A stretch of DNA of 64,000 nt from the human T2T-CHM13v2.0 reference genome, Homo sapiens. The notes below the pieces were generated by a model. The model had not been told where the DNA came from. It did no database searches and was given only the letters and a program-made list of their open reading frames with translations. The DNA lies in NCBI RefSeq assembly GCF_009914755.1, contig NC_060939.1; one strand, given 5' to 3'. The translations under genes were made by a program, and so were the position numbers. Every line of letters begins with the position of its first letter. Position 1 is the first letter of the stretch. Positions 10,809-28,400 of this stretch are shown in pieces.

Positions 10809-13800
10809 AGGGAGCCTGCTCTATTTTTGCATCTGGGAAGTTCTTTCTCTAATTAACCAATGAGTTCTCAAAAAACTCTTTTAAGAGTTAGCAGAATGTG
10901 AAAAAAAAATAGTGTAATCATTAGAATTTCAGGTTGGGCAGTTGGAAGAATTTCAGTGCCTTGCAATGTGTTTCCAGGGAAGATTAAGTGCATTTCCCTC
11001 TCTGGCAATTTTAAGGAACAACTGGACTCCACAAATAGCCATTGAGGGCTGACAGTGCACCAGGTACTGAGCCAGCTGCTGAGGATGCCCCATCAACAAG
11101 ATAGGCTTTCCCTGTCCTCAAAGCTCTTGGCCCTCAGCAGAGGAACAATCTATGCAAAGAAGGGGGTGGGGATGAATCCACACCATGTCTGCGGTCATGG
11201 GATTCTAGCATTGCTCTGTGGGACACCCGTGGCCACTGGAAAGAGAATAGAATAAAGTGCTGGAATGTAGAGTGCTAATAAAGCATTCCTCTTCTTTCTA
11301 GGGCTTTAACCAATTGAGAGATGCCACAGAATTCAGATGGTGATCAATGTGTCAGTCTGATGGCTGCTAGTTAGCTCCAAGGATAAAATAGTCTTCCTTC
11401 TCCTTCCCCGTGAGGGAAATCCTAGTTACAGAGAGAATAGCTGTAACTCCTAGTTACACAGAGAACAGCTGGACACCTGTGTCTCTCCTCACCAAGAAGC
11501 TAGGCTTGCCACACACAAGAATGCATGAAAAATTCCCAGAAAATGCCATGAAAAATGCCCAGAAAAAGAGGGCCAATGAGAGGGGAAATTAGGCTCTGCA
11601 GGGGCAATGCCCTATTCTAACCTCATCATCAGGTGAGCCGTGCCAATGGCACTGGGGACAAGAAGAGCAGTGCCTTCTCCTCAACCCTTCCATAACTCTG
11701 GAAGTTCCCAGGAGCCAGGCTGGTAGGGAACAATGGTTTACCTTACTCAAGGTGACTGTTCTATGGCCTTCACAATGAAGCACATGGTCAACCAGGAGCA
11801 TTGGTGTCCCCTGAGAAATGGGACAGAAGAGGGAGACCAGACTTTCATCAAGACAGGCCTGCTCCTCCTTTCTGTGTGTCTCCTCTGCCAATAGCAACCT
11901 CTCCTTCGGGAGTGAAGGCAGTTCAGTTTTTGCAGCCATTCCAGAACTCGGGATGGATCTAAACAGCATATTAGCTAAAGGCCATACGGAACTTTAGGCC
12001 AGAACAGCAGTCACTATTCTATCTCTAATTTTAAATTATGCATACCCACATTATCTAGATAGCCCGCTCAGAGAGTAAGTAACAAATACAAATGACAACA
12101 CAGAATTTCTCCAAGAATTACAATGCCAATCATATACATAGTGCTCTAAGGTAGACCTCCTCTCATGTCTAATTTCCCAAGAAAAGTTCAAGTCCAAAAA
12201 CATAAGTTCCCTTCCCTCGTAACTTAAAGTTCATGTAAATTCTCATGGCTTCTTTTGCTCGCTGATCCTTCAATTCAATCTGTCAATCCCAGCCATTAAG
12301 GTTACAGCCTGAGTAGAGAGAAGCCTCTGTCAGCAGCTCACAGTCTGGGCTCTTTCCCTGGAGTGGTTCAAACTCTTTCAGGCTCAATATTTTAGACTCT
12401 AAGTGTCCATAGGCTACAGAAAGTTATCAGAGTACCAGCCTTAGCCACCAACATCCTTAGATACCAAAGCAGTTGTCCCAGGGGACATTCATTTTTCAGG
12501 ATGCAGTGCCCAGTGTCACCCAAACCCACATTGCTATTGTCGGAAAACAATCCAGTAGAGATTTAGTGGCCTCTTGGGCAAAGAGAAAAATTCTGAAAGG
12601 AAAGAAAAAGCCTTCTTTGTTTCAGTTGTGCCAGGATGCTGGCCCGTCCATGCTGGTCATCTAGAGTTCACGACCAGCGAGCATTCGCTCAATTGGAAGA
12701 AATCTCTCATCAAGGGCGCAGCTGTGCTCCCAAGTCCTTCTCCTCCCCAACCAGGCAGAAGGTGGAAGCTCTCTCAGCCCTGGGCTTCCCATGGAAACTC
12801 AGAGAGAGGCAATGTCCTCCCGCCATGTTCTTTTCCCCCAAATCTTGCCTTTTCAGCTTTTAATTTCTCATGCCTTAGTTAACCTTCTCTGCTCTGATGG
12901 GAGTATAAAAAACCTCTCCACCCACTCTTTTCCTGTTTCAGCAAGATTTGATTTATCCTGGATGCCAATCCCTTAACCAGAGCTGAAAAAAAAAGGATGA
13001 AGGCAGAAACAAGAAAAAAGAGTATTTGCCTTTTACCCCCAATCCTCAGCAGTGCACAAACTGTAAATGCTAGAAATCAATGCATGTGCACTTGAACCTT
13101 GTGCCCCAGGGACCGGGGCAAAACACCATGAGGGTCTACCTCCTCCCCTACAGTCTAGGAGATGGCAAAGGCCTTGCCCTCTTCGTGTGGGACTCTGAAG
13201 TCCCCAAGGAGTGAAGCTGCTTCCTCAGTGTCAGCTCCCTAAGAAAGATGGTCCTGAGACCCAGAGAAGGAAATACCTACTTCAGCCTGATCCTAGACGT
13301 CTACATGCTAAGGTCCCAAACAAGTCCATCCTGACCTAAGATAAAGAAGGCAAAGCCTTGCTTGGGTAACCAACTGACCACTGAGGTCCACTCATATGAA
13401 AGAAGCCTGTTCAGCCAGCACCTATTTCAACCTACTATACACCTAAAAACATCAGTCATGATACAAACTGTTGCAGACCACAAATACCAAGTGGTCTAAC
13501 TAAACCTTCCAAGCTGTGCCAATCAAATCTCACCATGCAGGATTTTAGTTACCATGCCATTACTGTTTCTTGCTAGGGTTTCCCAGTCAGTATACCATAT
13601 GTTGAAGATTCAGGGCAGTGGTTAATTACACTCCTCTCCATTTCATAATGTGGAACACACCGACCTCATAGAAATCAAAATATCTATTTATTGCTGGTAA
13701 AGTTGGATGAGGTTAGAAAATGGAAATTATACCCAAGGGCAAAGTGCTTTTTCCCCATCCAACTGCAAGCAGAGGATCTAGACAACTTCACGCTGCCCCT

Positions 13801-13910
13801 AGGGCCTCCTCACCATGCCCTTGCAGGGACAGAGCCTGCCCCACATTGCTCATTGTGTGCAGGAGGCAGAGAAGAGGAGAGGAGGCAGGTGCTAGCAAGA
13901 TTCCAAAATA

Positions 13911-14181
13911 GGCCGGGCAAGGCAGCTCACATCTGTAATCCCAATACTTCAGGAGGCCGAGGTGGATGGAATGCCTGAGGCCAGAAGTTCAAGATCAGCC
14001 TGGGCAACATGGCAAAAACCCATCTCTGCAAAAAAACTACAAAAAATTAGCTGTATGCAGTGGCACACACCTGTAGTCCCAGCTACTGGTGAGGCTGAGG
14101 TGGGAGGTTGAGGCCACAGTAAGCTGACATTGTGCTATTGCACTCCAGCCTGGGCAATGGAGACTCTGTCTCAAAAAAAAA
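13911..14181 (+). mobile_element. AluJ (internal deletion in right arm)
   Basis: Dimeric Alu, J-type diagnostics, A tail. Confidence 0.9.
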
Positions 14182-14569
14182 GGTCAGGCAAGGACACACA
14201 TGTGTGATGGCATTTTTCCAAACCTCACCCATGAAACAGGTGCCCTGCCCCTGCCTCCAAGGGAGAAACAAAGAAGGGGTGGAGGAAAAGACAGAATCCA
14301 TCACCCAGGGTTCTCAGGGTGCAAGTTCCCAGTGCAGGGAGATGAAAGGGATGGTTCCATTGCAGAAATATATGAAGAATTAGTTTCGCTAAAACTCTTC
14401 AGAAGTCAGTGGAAAGTTGGTGCTAGAGGGATCTTAAGACCCCAGGGAAGCTGATTGACTTGTTCATGGTCATAAAAGAAAGCTCCTCTGAAATCCCAGA
14501 CCTCCTGGTGCCCCGGCGTGTGCTCTGTACTGAAACCGCACAGGCTTATTCATGTATTTTTCAGCTAAC

Positions 14570-14705
14570 AACTACTAAGCACTTACCATATGCCAAGTAT
14601 GTGGTATTACATTTAATTTATACAAGAATCCTATAAGAAGGGGACTATTATATCCATATTATAGATGTGGAAATTTGGGCATAGTAAGTTTAAATAACTT
14701 ATCTC
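14570..14705 (-). mobile_element. MIR
   Basis: TACTAAGCACTTACCATATGCCAAG...TATTATATCCATATTATAGATGTGGAAA. Confidence 0.7.
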
Positions 14706-15098
14706 TCTCTTATCTACAGCATGCACACACTGTACTGCCTGCAGTCCAGCGGGTGCCTGTGCCTGGAAGCCAGGCCCCTTGTCTCAATTACTGTTCTCCC
14801 CAGTCTTGGCTTGCGGGAGGTCCCTGCTCAGGGATGGAACAGGCCTGGTAGGATTGTTTGGGAACTCTCTCTCTCACCTGCCTAGGAAGGGACTCACCTC
14901 CTCATCTCCTATATTCACAAAGACACCACCAGATATTTCCTTGGTTTCGAGGTAGAATGGTAAGCAAGATACTGTCCCTGCCCTCTGGAACCCACAATCT
15001 TCTCAGAAAGACTGACCTGTAAATAGATGATTACAAAACAATGTGGTATTGCTGAAGCAGTATTGCTGAAGCAGGGATGTATACAAGCTGCTGTGGGG

Positions 15099-15499
15099 TA
15101 TATTAGTCCATTCTCATACTGCTATAAAGAACGACCTGAGACTGAGTAATTTATGAAGAAAAGAGGTTTAATTGACTCACACTTCTGCAGGCTATACAGG
15201 AAGCATGGAGGCCTGATTTTAAGTTTCCTTCCTAGGAGGCTTCAGGAAACTTACAATCATGGTGGAAGGTAAAGGAGAAGCAAGAACATCCTACCATGGT
15301 GGACCAGGAGAGAGAAAATACGAAAGGGGAAGTGCTACACACTTTCAAACAACCAGATCTTGGGAGAATTATATCACGAGAACAGCAAGGGGGAAGCCAT
15401 CCCCCTGATTCAATCACCCCCAACAGGCCCTTCATTCAACACATGGGGATTACAATTTGGCATGAGATTTGGATGGGAACACAGAGCCAAACCATATCA
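15099..15499 (-). mobile_element. MaLR LTR (THE1D/MSTA type), inserted in an L2 fragment
   Basis: TATTAGTCCATTCTCATACTGCTATAAAG...ACACAGAGCCAAACCATATCA. Confidence 0.88.
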
Positions 15500-16757
15500 G
15501 GGAGCATAGATGAGAATGTGATTAACTCTATGTCAAGCAAGGTCCTGGTAGGACTCATATGATGCACTCAAATGGGTCCATTTGAAGACAGACTAAGAAA
15601 GAGGCTATCTACAAAGGTGAAAGCAAAAATTAAATACAACACCCGGAACAGCCCGAAGCCATCACCACTCCCAGGCGTGTCAGGCAGCCCTCTGCACCCA
15701 TCTCCCCATTCCAGATTCCAGTAACTACCCATTATCTCTAGGAAAGGTAACTTTTAAGAACTATTTCTGTGGGCTACTAACTGGATCCCTGTTAATATAC
15801 ACTAAGGAGAGTGTGACGGCAACTCTTAAAATTGCTCTTGGCTGCTGGATATATTTTGCTGCATGCAATATTGACTTACACTGGGCTGCTTGGAGGTGGA
15901 GCTCTTATCTAGATTACCTATTTACAGAGATTCATAAAATCATACATTCTGTAGGAAGCTTGGTAAAGGCAGAAGGATGGAGGCAGAAGATATGGGGGAT
16001 GGGACTTGCTGAAAATGTAGTTTTGAGCCAGGCTGAGCATATTCTTGCTGTCCATGGAATGCTTGCTGGGGAAATACAAAGAGAGAGTCCTGGGTCTGAT
16101 CCAAAAAGTGAGAACTGGACCAGGAGGGAAGGAAGAAACAAATCCTAACTGGAGAAAACTACAGGAAGGTTGATTGACTGAAGCAATAATCTATGAGGAT
16201 TGAGGTGCCAGAAAGCTAGTAATCAAAGTGAGTGCTGAATAGATAGAGCTATACATGCCTGAGACAGTGTGTACTTGAAATGTTTTGCTGACCTAGGATC
16301 AACTCTGAAAATGGCAGAGCCTCCAGTTGGCATGAGATTCCACCAGAATCTCTCAGTTAAGGACCCACGGCAGCCCTGAGCAAACTGGAAGTTGAAGCCC
16401 AATAACCAAATGTGCTGGCTGAAGTCAAGCCATCAGAGTTTGACTTGGAAAGCTGTGTTTATGTTTAGCAAGGAATCCTTTCCTGGCTTTCAGGATTTCT
16501 GACTTGGAGTGGGAAAGAAGGGAGTGATAACAGCACCTATAGTGGAAAGAACAGAGGCTAAGTTACATCAACAGCAGTGGTCCTCATCCTGGTCTTTCTT
16601 TGAAGGCAGAGAAAATGGGATACTAAACAGTCAATCAACTGGGTCATCAAATGCCAAGAAGAGGTGGCAAAGCCAACAGTAATGGGAATGTCAAGAGGGT
16701 CCTACAGGAGAACAAGGGCCTGGCACTGCCTATTCTCCACCCCACACTCTGCGCTCA

Positions 16758-17168
16758 TGTATTAGGCAGTTCTTGCACTGCTTTAAATAAATACCTGAGA
16801 CTGGGTAATTTATAAGAAAATAAGTTTAATTGGCTCACAGTTCTGCAGGCTATACAGGAAGCATGGCAGCATCTGCTTCTGGTGAGGACCTCAGGAAGCT
16901 TCCAGTCATGGCAAAAAGTGAAGGGGGGCAGGCACGTCACATGGCAAAAGCAGGAGCGAGAGAGAGGGAATGCAGGTGATTGTGGGGGGCAGGGGTATCA
17001 CATGCCACACACTTTTAAATGACCAGCTCTCACAACCACAAAGACAGCACCTAGCCATGAGGGATCTGCCTCAATGATCCAAACATCTCCCACCAGGCCC
17101 CACCTCCAACACTGAGGATTACAATTCAACATGATATTTGGGTGGGGACAAATATCCAAACTATATCA
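16758..17168 (-). mobile_element. MaLR LTR (MSTA/MSTB type)
   Basis: TGTATTAGGCAGTTCTTGC...ATCCAAACTATATCA; 5-bp TSD GCTCA/ACTCA. Confidence 0.88.
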
Positions 17169-17975
17169 ACTCACATACCTAGACACTTGTGCAAAGGGCA
17201 TGAGTGTATTTGGAGACCTGTCCCTTAGCTGGGTGAGCACTAAGGGTCAAATGCTAACATAAAAATAACTACCCTTGCCACAGGTAATCTTTAAATCTAG
17301 GGACCTGGCCACACTTGTAAAGGGAAGGTCAAATACAGGCATTTAGGCTGAAATGGGCATGTTTTTCATTAAACAAAGCATCTGAGTACATCAAAGAACT
17401 GGTAAGGTGGCTCCACTGCACTGACAGTTCTGTTATTCAGCCAGAATTTAACGAGCTCTATCTGAAATAACATCACTGAGAATGCTTGCAAATCATGTTT
17501 GCTAAGAGTAAACAGCCAAATTTTCAATACACCTCACTTAGAAATTAACATAGTGCCTTGAGAGTAATTAAACATCATTACTTTAGAACCAAAATGTCCC
17601 ACACGGTGGAAAAATAACTGCATACATAATTGTCTAGACACTCCCTTAAACAAAAGATAGCCTAGTCGAATAGGGAGATGGGTGATGGAATTGGGTTGAC
17701 TTTTACATTGGCTTTGTTTTTCTGTGTGGACCTGCCTTAAAGCCCCACAGTGATGGTTTTCATAGTTTTCATGTTTTGTTTTCAACTAAGAATAGAAAGT
17801 TCTTTCATGTTGACCCGAGAGGCTCATAATCCTTCTTTAATGTCATCATGTGTCTTATCGCAAAGTCAGTATTTATGGGTACTACCTGCCTTCTCATGTT
17901 GAAGCCCTAAGAACACAGTGAGCCAGGACTCCTGGCCTTGACCCCTCACAGCACACACGCACATCAGGTCTAGAG

Positions 17976-18173
17976 CAGGGTTTTCAACCATGGCATTCTT
18001 AACATCTCAAGCTAGATAGTTCTTAGTTGTGAGAGGCTATCCTGTGCATTGCAGGATTTTTAGCAGCAGGTGCCTGTAGTACCCCTCCCCCAAGCTGCAG
18101 CAACCAAAGATGTCTCCAGACATTGCCAAATGTCCCATAGAGGGCAACATCACCTCTGGTTCCAGCACCACTG
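17976..18173 (+). mobile_element. MER20 DNA transposon
   Basis: CAGGGTTTTCAACCATGGC...GTCTCCAGACATTGCCAAATGTCC...CACCACTG; flanks GTCTAGAG/GCCTAGAC resemble an 8-bp hAT TSD. Confidence 0.85.
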
Positions 18174-18497
18174 GCCTAGACAATCAAGGTCTGCATGGAA
18201 GCCCTTCCACCTTTTCAAGGTAAATGGGGAGTCAAGGGCCTAACTCAAGAAATGGCCTTGTAGACATTTGCCTTGAACTCTAAAATGGGCCCCCCAGTCT
18301 GGGTGCCAGTAATGTCAGCTAATAACCTATGTAACCAGCACAAGAAAACCACTAAACCAGTTTCAAAGCTACCCTGTTTTAGACTGTGGTTAAACTGTTC
18401 AGAAAAATGTCCTTCCCTGTTAAGAAGTATCTGACAGAAAGTCAGACGTAAAACAACTAAATAAAGCAATAAGTCATCAACATAAAGTGGTCATTAA

Positions 18498-18795
18498 TTT
18501 CTTCTTTTAAGTGACAGGGTCTTGCTCTGTTGCCCAGGGTGGAAGGCAGTGGCATGAACATGTCTCACTGCAGGCTTGACCTCCTGGGCTCAAGCAATCC
18601 TCCCACCTCAGCCTCCCAAATAGCTGGGACCACAGGCATGCGCCACGACACCCAAATAGTTTTTTAAAACATTTTTTGTAGAGACAAGCTCTTGCCACGT
18701 CATCCACACTGGTCTAACTCCTCAACTCAAGTGATCCACCCACCTCAGCCTCCCAAAGTGCTGGGATTACAGACATAAGCCGTTGTGCCTGGCTG
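18498..18795 (-). mobile_element. AluJ
   Basis: Antisense dimeric Alu with GGCTCAAGCAATCCTCCCACC. Confidence 0.9.
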
Positions 18796-20699
18796 GTTAT
18801 TGATTTTTTTTTAAAGAAGAGGATTTAAAATAATTAATAGCTTAGCAATAGTTGGTTGGTTGATTGATAGTGATGTACATCCCTGTCTGCTTCCCACAAG
18901 TTTTTAAGACCACTAATGTGGTTCTTTTCCTGGATGAGCAGAAATAGTAGCAAGTATTTTCTAATGGATTTTTTATGATATATAATATTTGTACATATTT
19001 ATGTGGTACATGTGGTCATTACACATTCTATGCATGTGTCAAGTTTTTGTGCAAAAGAAGAACAGCCAGACTGGGGGCCAATATGTCTGGTTAGAAGCAG
19101 CTACAGTGCATGGCACTCACAGAAAGGAACAAAAGGGACAAGTAAATACAGCACCTTCAACTGAAACACCCAGGTACTCATATTGGGATTAATCAGGGAA
19201 ACAGCTTGACCCATGTAGAATGGAGGAAAGCAGGGCAGGGCAATGGCTCACCCGGAAGTGATGCGGAGCCAGGGAAACCCCCACCCCCAGCCAAGGGAAG
19301 TGGTGAGTGAATGTGCAACTCAAGGAAACCACACTTCTCCCATAAATCTCTGCAACCATGGACCAGGAGGTCCCCTCATGAACCCACTCCACCAGGGCCT
19401 TGGGTCTGACACACAGAGCTGTGTGGAGTCTTGGAAGAGTAGCTGCTCAGGCATGCACAGAGACCCAGAAGCTTTATATACTGCAGCCCCAGGATCCCCA
19501 GCAAAGGTGACTGCAACTCAGGCATGGCAAAAAGTCTGTACATACCCCTAGGAAGGGGGCTGAATCCAGGGGGCCAAGCAGCGTCAGTCTGCAGGCCCCA
19601 CTTCCATGGCACCTCACAAAAAAAGACCAACTGGCATGGAATTCCAACCAGCCACCAGCAACAGGGTAGTGCCTACCTGAGATGGGAGGGAGCTCCCCCT
19701 CTTTGCTGTTTGGACAACTCAGCCTTTCCAGCCTGTGGGCTTTGGAGAGTTCAAATGGACCAGAGGAGAAAGGGATTCCGCAACACAGCACAGCTGCTTT
19801 ACCAAAACGTAGCCAGGCTGCTTTACGCAGGACCCGGATCCATTTCTCCTCACTAGGCAGGACCTCCCAGCCAGGGTTTCCAGCCACCCCCGCCCATATC
19901 CAAGGACTGGTCAAGAGTTCTGATTTCTCCATGGGATAGAGTGCCTGCAGGGAGGGCGGGCCACCACCTTTGCTGTTTGAGCAACTCAGCCATTCCAGAT
20001 TGTGGGTTTTGGAGAGCCCAAACCAACTGAAGTGGAGGCAATACCCTAGCACACAACAGCTGCTTTGCAGAGGCATGGCCAGGCTGCTGCTTTAAACGGG
20101 ATCTTGATCCATTCCACTGCACTGGCTGGGACCTCCCAGCCAGGCCCTCCAGCTACCCCCAGCCATGTTCTACAGTCAACAGAGTTCTCATTTCTCCCTG
20201 GGACACAGTGCCTGGGGAATGGGGTGGCCTGCCACCTTTGCTATTTGGGAGTTTCAGTCTTGGAGAGCCCAAACCAATGGGGAGCTGAAGGGATTCCCCA
20301 ATACAGCACAGCTGCTCTACCAAAACACAGACCACTTCTTTAAGAGGGTTCCTGATCTCATTCTACTAACTGGGTGGGACCTCTCAACTGGGATCTCCAG
20401 CCATCTCCTACAGGTGCATTAAGGCCAGCAACAGGTCCATACCCCCCTGGGATGGAGCTCCCAGAGGAAGGGGCAGGCTGCCATCTTTGCTGTTTTGCAG
20501 CCTTCACTGGCGATACCTCCAGGTACTGGAATATCTGAGGTGACTAGAGTATGGAGTGGACCCCCAGCAAACTGGAGGAGCCCTACAGAAAACTGACCAG
20601 CCTGTTAAAAGAAAGACAGACAACAACAAAAACACACAAAAAGAAACTCATCCAAAAGGTCAGCAACCTCAAAGATTGAAAGTAGGTAAGCCCACAAAA

Positions 20700-21720
20700 A
20701 TGAGAAGAAATCAGCATAAAAATGCTGAAAACTCAAAAAGCCAGAGTGCCCTCTTTCCTCCAAATTACCCTAACACCTCTCCAGCACGGGTTCCGAACTG
20801 GGCTGAGGATGAGATGGCCGAAATGACAAAGTAAGCTTCAGAAAATGGATAAAAACAAACTTCGCTGAGCTAAAGGAGCACACTGTAACCCAATGCAAGG
20901 AAGGTAAAAATCATGATAAAACAATATAGGAGCTAACAGCCAAAATAGCCATTACAGAGAGGAACATAACTGACCTGATAGAGCTTGAAAAATATACTAC
21001 ACGAACTTCACAATGTAATCACAAGTATTAATAGCAGAATAGACCAAGCAGAGCAAAGAATCTCAGAGCCTAAAGACTGGCTTTCTGAAATAAGACAAGC
21101 AGATAAGAATAGAGAAAAAAAAAGAATGAAAAGGAATGGACAAAACCTTCAAGAAATATGGGATTATGTAAAGAGACTGAATCTATGACCAACTGGGGTA
21201 CCTGAAAGAGATTGGGAGAATGGAACCAATTTGGAAAACATATTTCAGGATATTATCCAGGAGAACTTCCCCAACCTAATTACACAGGCCAACATTCAAA
21301 TTCAGGAAATGCAGAGAACCCCAGCAAGATACTCCACAAGATCATCCCCAAGACACATAATCATCAGATTCTCCAAGGTTGAAATGAAAGAAAAAAATGT
21401 TAAGGGCAGTCAGAGAGAAAGACCAGGTCACCTACAAAGGGAAGCCCAGCAGATTAACAGTGGACCTCTCAGTGGAAATCCTACATGCCAAAAGAGATGG
21501 GACCAATATTCAACATTCTTAAAGAATACAAATTCCAACCCAGAATTTCATATCTGGCCAAACTGAGCTTCATAAGCCAAGGAGAAATAAGATCCTTTTC
21601 AGAGAAGCAAATGCCAAGGAAATTCGTTACCACCAGACCTGCCTTAAAAGAGCTCCTGAAGAAAGCACTAAATGTGGAAAGGAAAAATCATTACTAGCCA
21701 CTATAAAAACACACTGAGGT
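20700..21720 (+). pseudogene. L1 ORF1p remnant (stops and frameshifts)
   Basis: Fragments MRRNQHKNAENSK, ENIFQDIIQENFPNL, FQPRISYLAKLSFISQGEIRSF in different frames. Confidence 0.9.
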
Positions 21721-21784
21721 ACACAGACCAGTGACACTATGAAGCAACCACAAAAATAAGTCTGCAAAATAACCAGCTAGCATC

Positions 21785-25902
<4,118 letters not shown>

Positions 25903-26339
25903 ATGATGAGAACACATGGACACATAGAGGGGAACACTTACACACTGGGGACTACTAGAGGGCAGAGGTTGGGAGAAGGGAGAAAATCAGGAAAAATCAT
26001 TAATGGGTACTAGGCTTAATACCTGGTGATGAAATAATCTGTACAACAAATCCCCATGACACATGTTTATCTATGTAACAAACCTGCACATCCTGCACAC
26101 GTACCCCTGATCTTAAAAGTTAAAAAAAAAAAAATAACAGCAAGGTAACATGTTCTCTTTTTCTTTGCTTTTGATGGGCAAGAGAAAGATGAACAAGGAC
26201 AAACAAAAGAGTAACGGTACCACAGTGCAACTTAAGGCCTTCACCCAATGGAGAAAGAAGGGATAAAGGGCATTAACATTTATTTTGAGGCTGCTCCCTA
26301 CTAAGAACTTCACCGGCATGTGTATCCTCATTGGATGGT

Positions 26340-26812
26340 TGTGAAGTAGGTTCACCATGCACTAGTTCCCAACTTGTCTGAGTCAGTGAGACAGAATACA
26401 TTCATATACAAGTGACAAGAAGCAGGTTCATTACTTACAGATAGACAGCAAGGGATGACAGAAACCTAGCATTTACTGTGACCTGGTCCCCCCAAGCTTA
26501 GAAAAGCTGCCTGGGGTAGATGGAGTCTTATCTTCACATGGCACACTTGTACCACAGCTGAGGAACCCCAAATGGCAGCCTGTCCCGGATTATATACCTC
26601 TGGGTAACATGACATACTGGGCTAAGGTGTTGAAGAGCATTCCTGTTCTCCAGGGGGGACTTAATAGAGCCTGGGATGTTCCAGTCAATTCCCCCTTATC
26701 TCAGGATGTTGCATTGCCAGCACATTCTACAGTTATATTTGAGAACTACAAATGAGACAGGTGCAGGGGAGAAACTAAATCAGCTCAAGGCCACCCAGAT
26801 AATCGTCCTGCA
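26340..26812 (-). mobile_element. ERVL-class solo LTR (LTR42-like)
   Basis: TG...CA ends; minus strand begins TGCAGGACGATTATCTGGGTGGCCTTG with TAGAATGTGCTGGCAATGCAACATCCTGAGATAAG; 5-bp TSD ATGGT/AGGGT; exact family name from memory. Confidence 0.7.
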
Positions 26813-27039
26813 AGGGTCACCTCGTCCTTTGAATTCAGATAGAATTGACTCAAACTTCCTCTTTTGGGCTCTATGGGGAATCCAATCCCTCTCTAAGATT
26901 TCTGTGAATTCCTTCAGCCCTAGATTCTCCTAGGAACACCTTTACTCAAATGCCCTGTGTCTTCTGGGTTTCACTCACATCCCATTCCATTTGTTTCTCC
27001 CTCAAACATGCAGCACAATGTTTTTCTTTGACTTCTCCA

Positions 27040-27130
27040 AATTTTATTTATTTATTTATTTATTTATCATTCTTTCTTCTGCCTTCCTCTCTTTCTTTCT
27101 TCTCTTCCTTCTTTCCGTTTGTCTGTCTTT
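27040..27130. repeat. (TTTA)n and CT-rich low complexity at the tail of a minus-strand L2 (~27130-27715)
   Basis: Read directly; followed by CAAACATTTGTTGGGCATTTACCATG (L2 3' end). Confidence 0.7.
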
Positions 27131-27727
27131 CAGTCTTCCAAACAAACATTTGTTGGGCATTTACCATGTACTCAGCAACTATGCTAGGTACTGAGGACAG
27201 ACTGATGAGTGAACTCAGACATGCTGTCATGCAGCTTACAGTAGAAAAGATGGACAGGAGTCAAATAATGATACAACTTGACACAGAATCATGGAGTCAT
27301 AAGAACAAAAGAGCTGTACATAAGGCTGGAGAGCACCTTACAGCCTGGCGGGTCAGAGAAGACTTTCCTGGGTCAATGACATATCCTTGAATTCTAAGGG
27401 ATAGATAGGAATTGACTCAGCGAAGAGAAGGCAGAAAAGAATACCAGGCAGAGGGAATCGCATATCCTAAGTCCCCGTGGAAGAGGGAGCCGAGGAAGCC
27501 AAAGAGTGCCACATGAGCAGTATATGCAGAAAGAGGGCAAGTGCCATGAGAGACAGGGGAGGAGCTGTAGGTGGGCTGTGGCATGCAGGTCAAGGCAAAC
27601 ATGTGGTCTTTCACCTGAGAGCAAAGCAAAGACAGCAAGGAATTTCAGGTGTTGGTGGGAGGGAGAGTCTAGGGTGGGTTAAGGTGTGATGAAAGGCATG
27701 GCTATAATTTTCAAGAAAAAAAAAGGT

Positions 27728-28113
<386 letters not shown>

Positions 28114-28400
28114 TCATCTCCTCAGAAAGTTCTGTCAATCCTTTCCAATCAACCTCCAACACCCCCACCCACAATTACCACTGTTTTTATTTTTCTCACC
28201 ATAAAATAATTTTGCCTGTTCTTAGACTACAGAGGAATCCTATGGCATACATTTTATACCATGGCTGCAGTGTGAACAGCAGATTGTAGAGAAACAATAG
28301 TGGATGTGAAGTGGCCCAGAGAGAGATAAAGACCATTCAGACAACCATAGTGATGGTGGAGATGGAAAGAAAGTGCATAGATTGAGGAGGGAGCTATTTC

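Noticed and set aside
17770-17870. Minus-strand ATGATGA resembling a snoRNA C box
   Set aside because: No properly placed CTGA D box or terminal stem.
19474-20076. 200-aa antisense ORF in the L1 5'UTR (ORF0-like?)
   Set aside because: No ATG start, and its internal peptide repeat just mirrors the UTR monomers. ORF0 belongs to the different 5'UTR of younger L1PA families.
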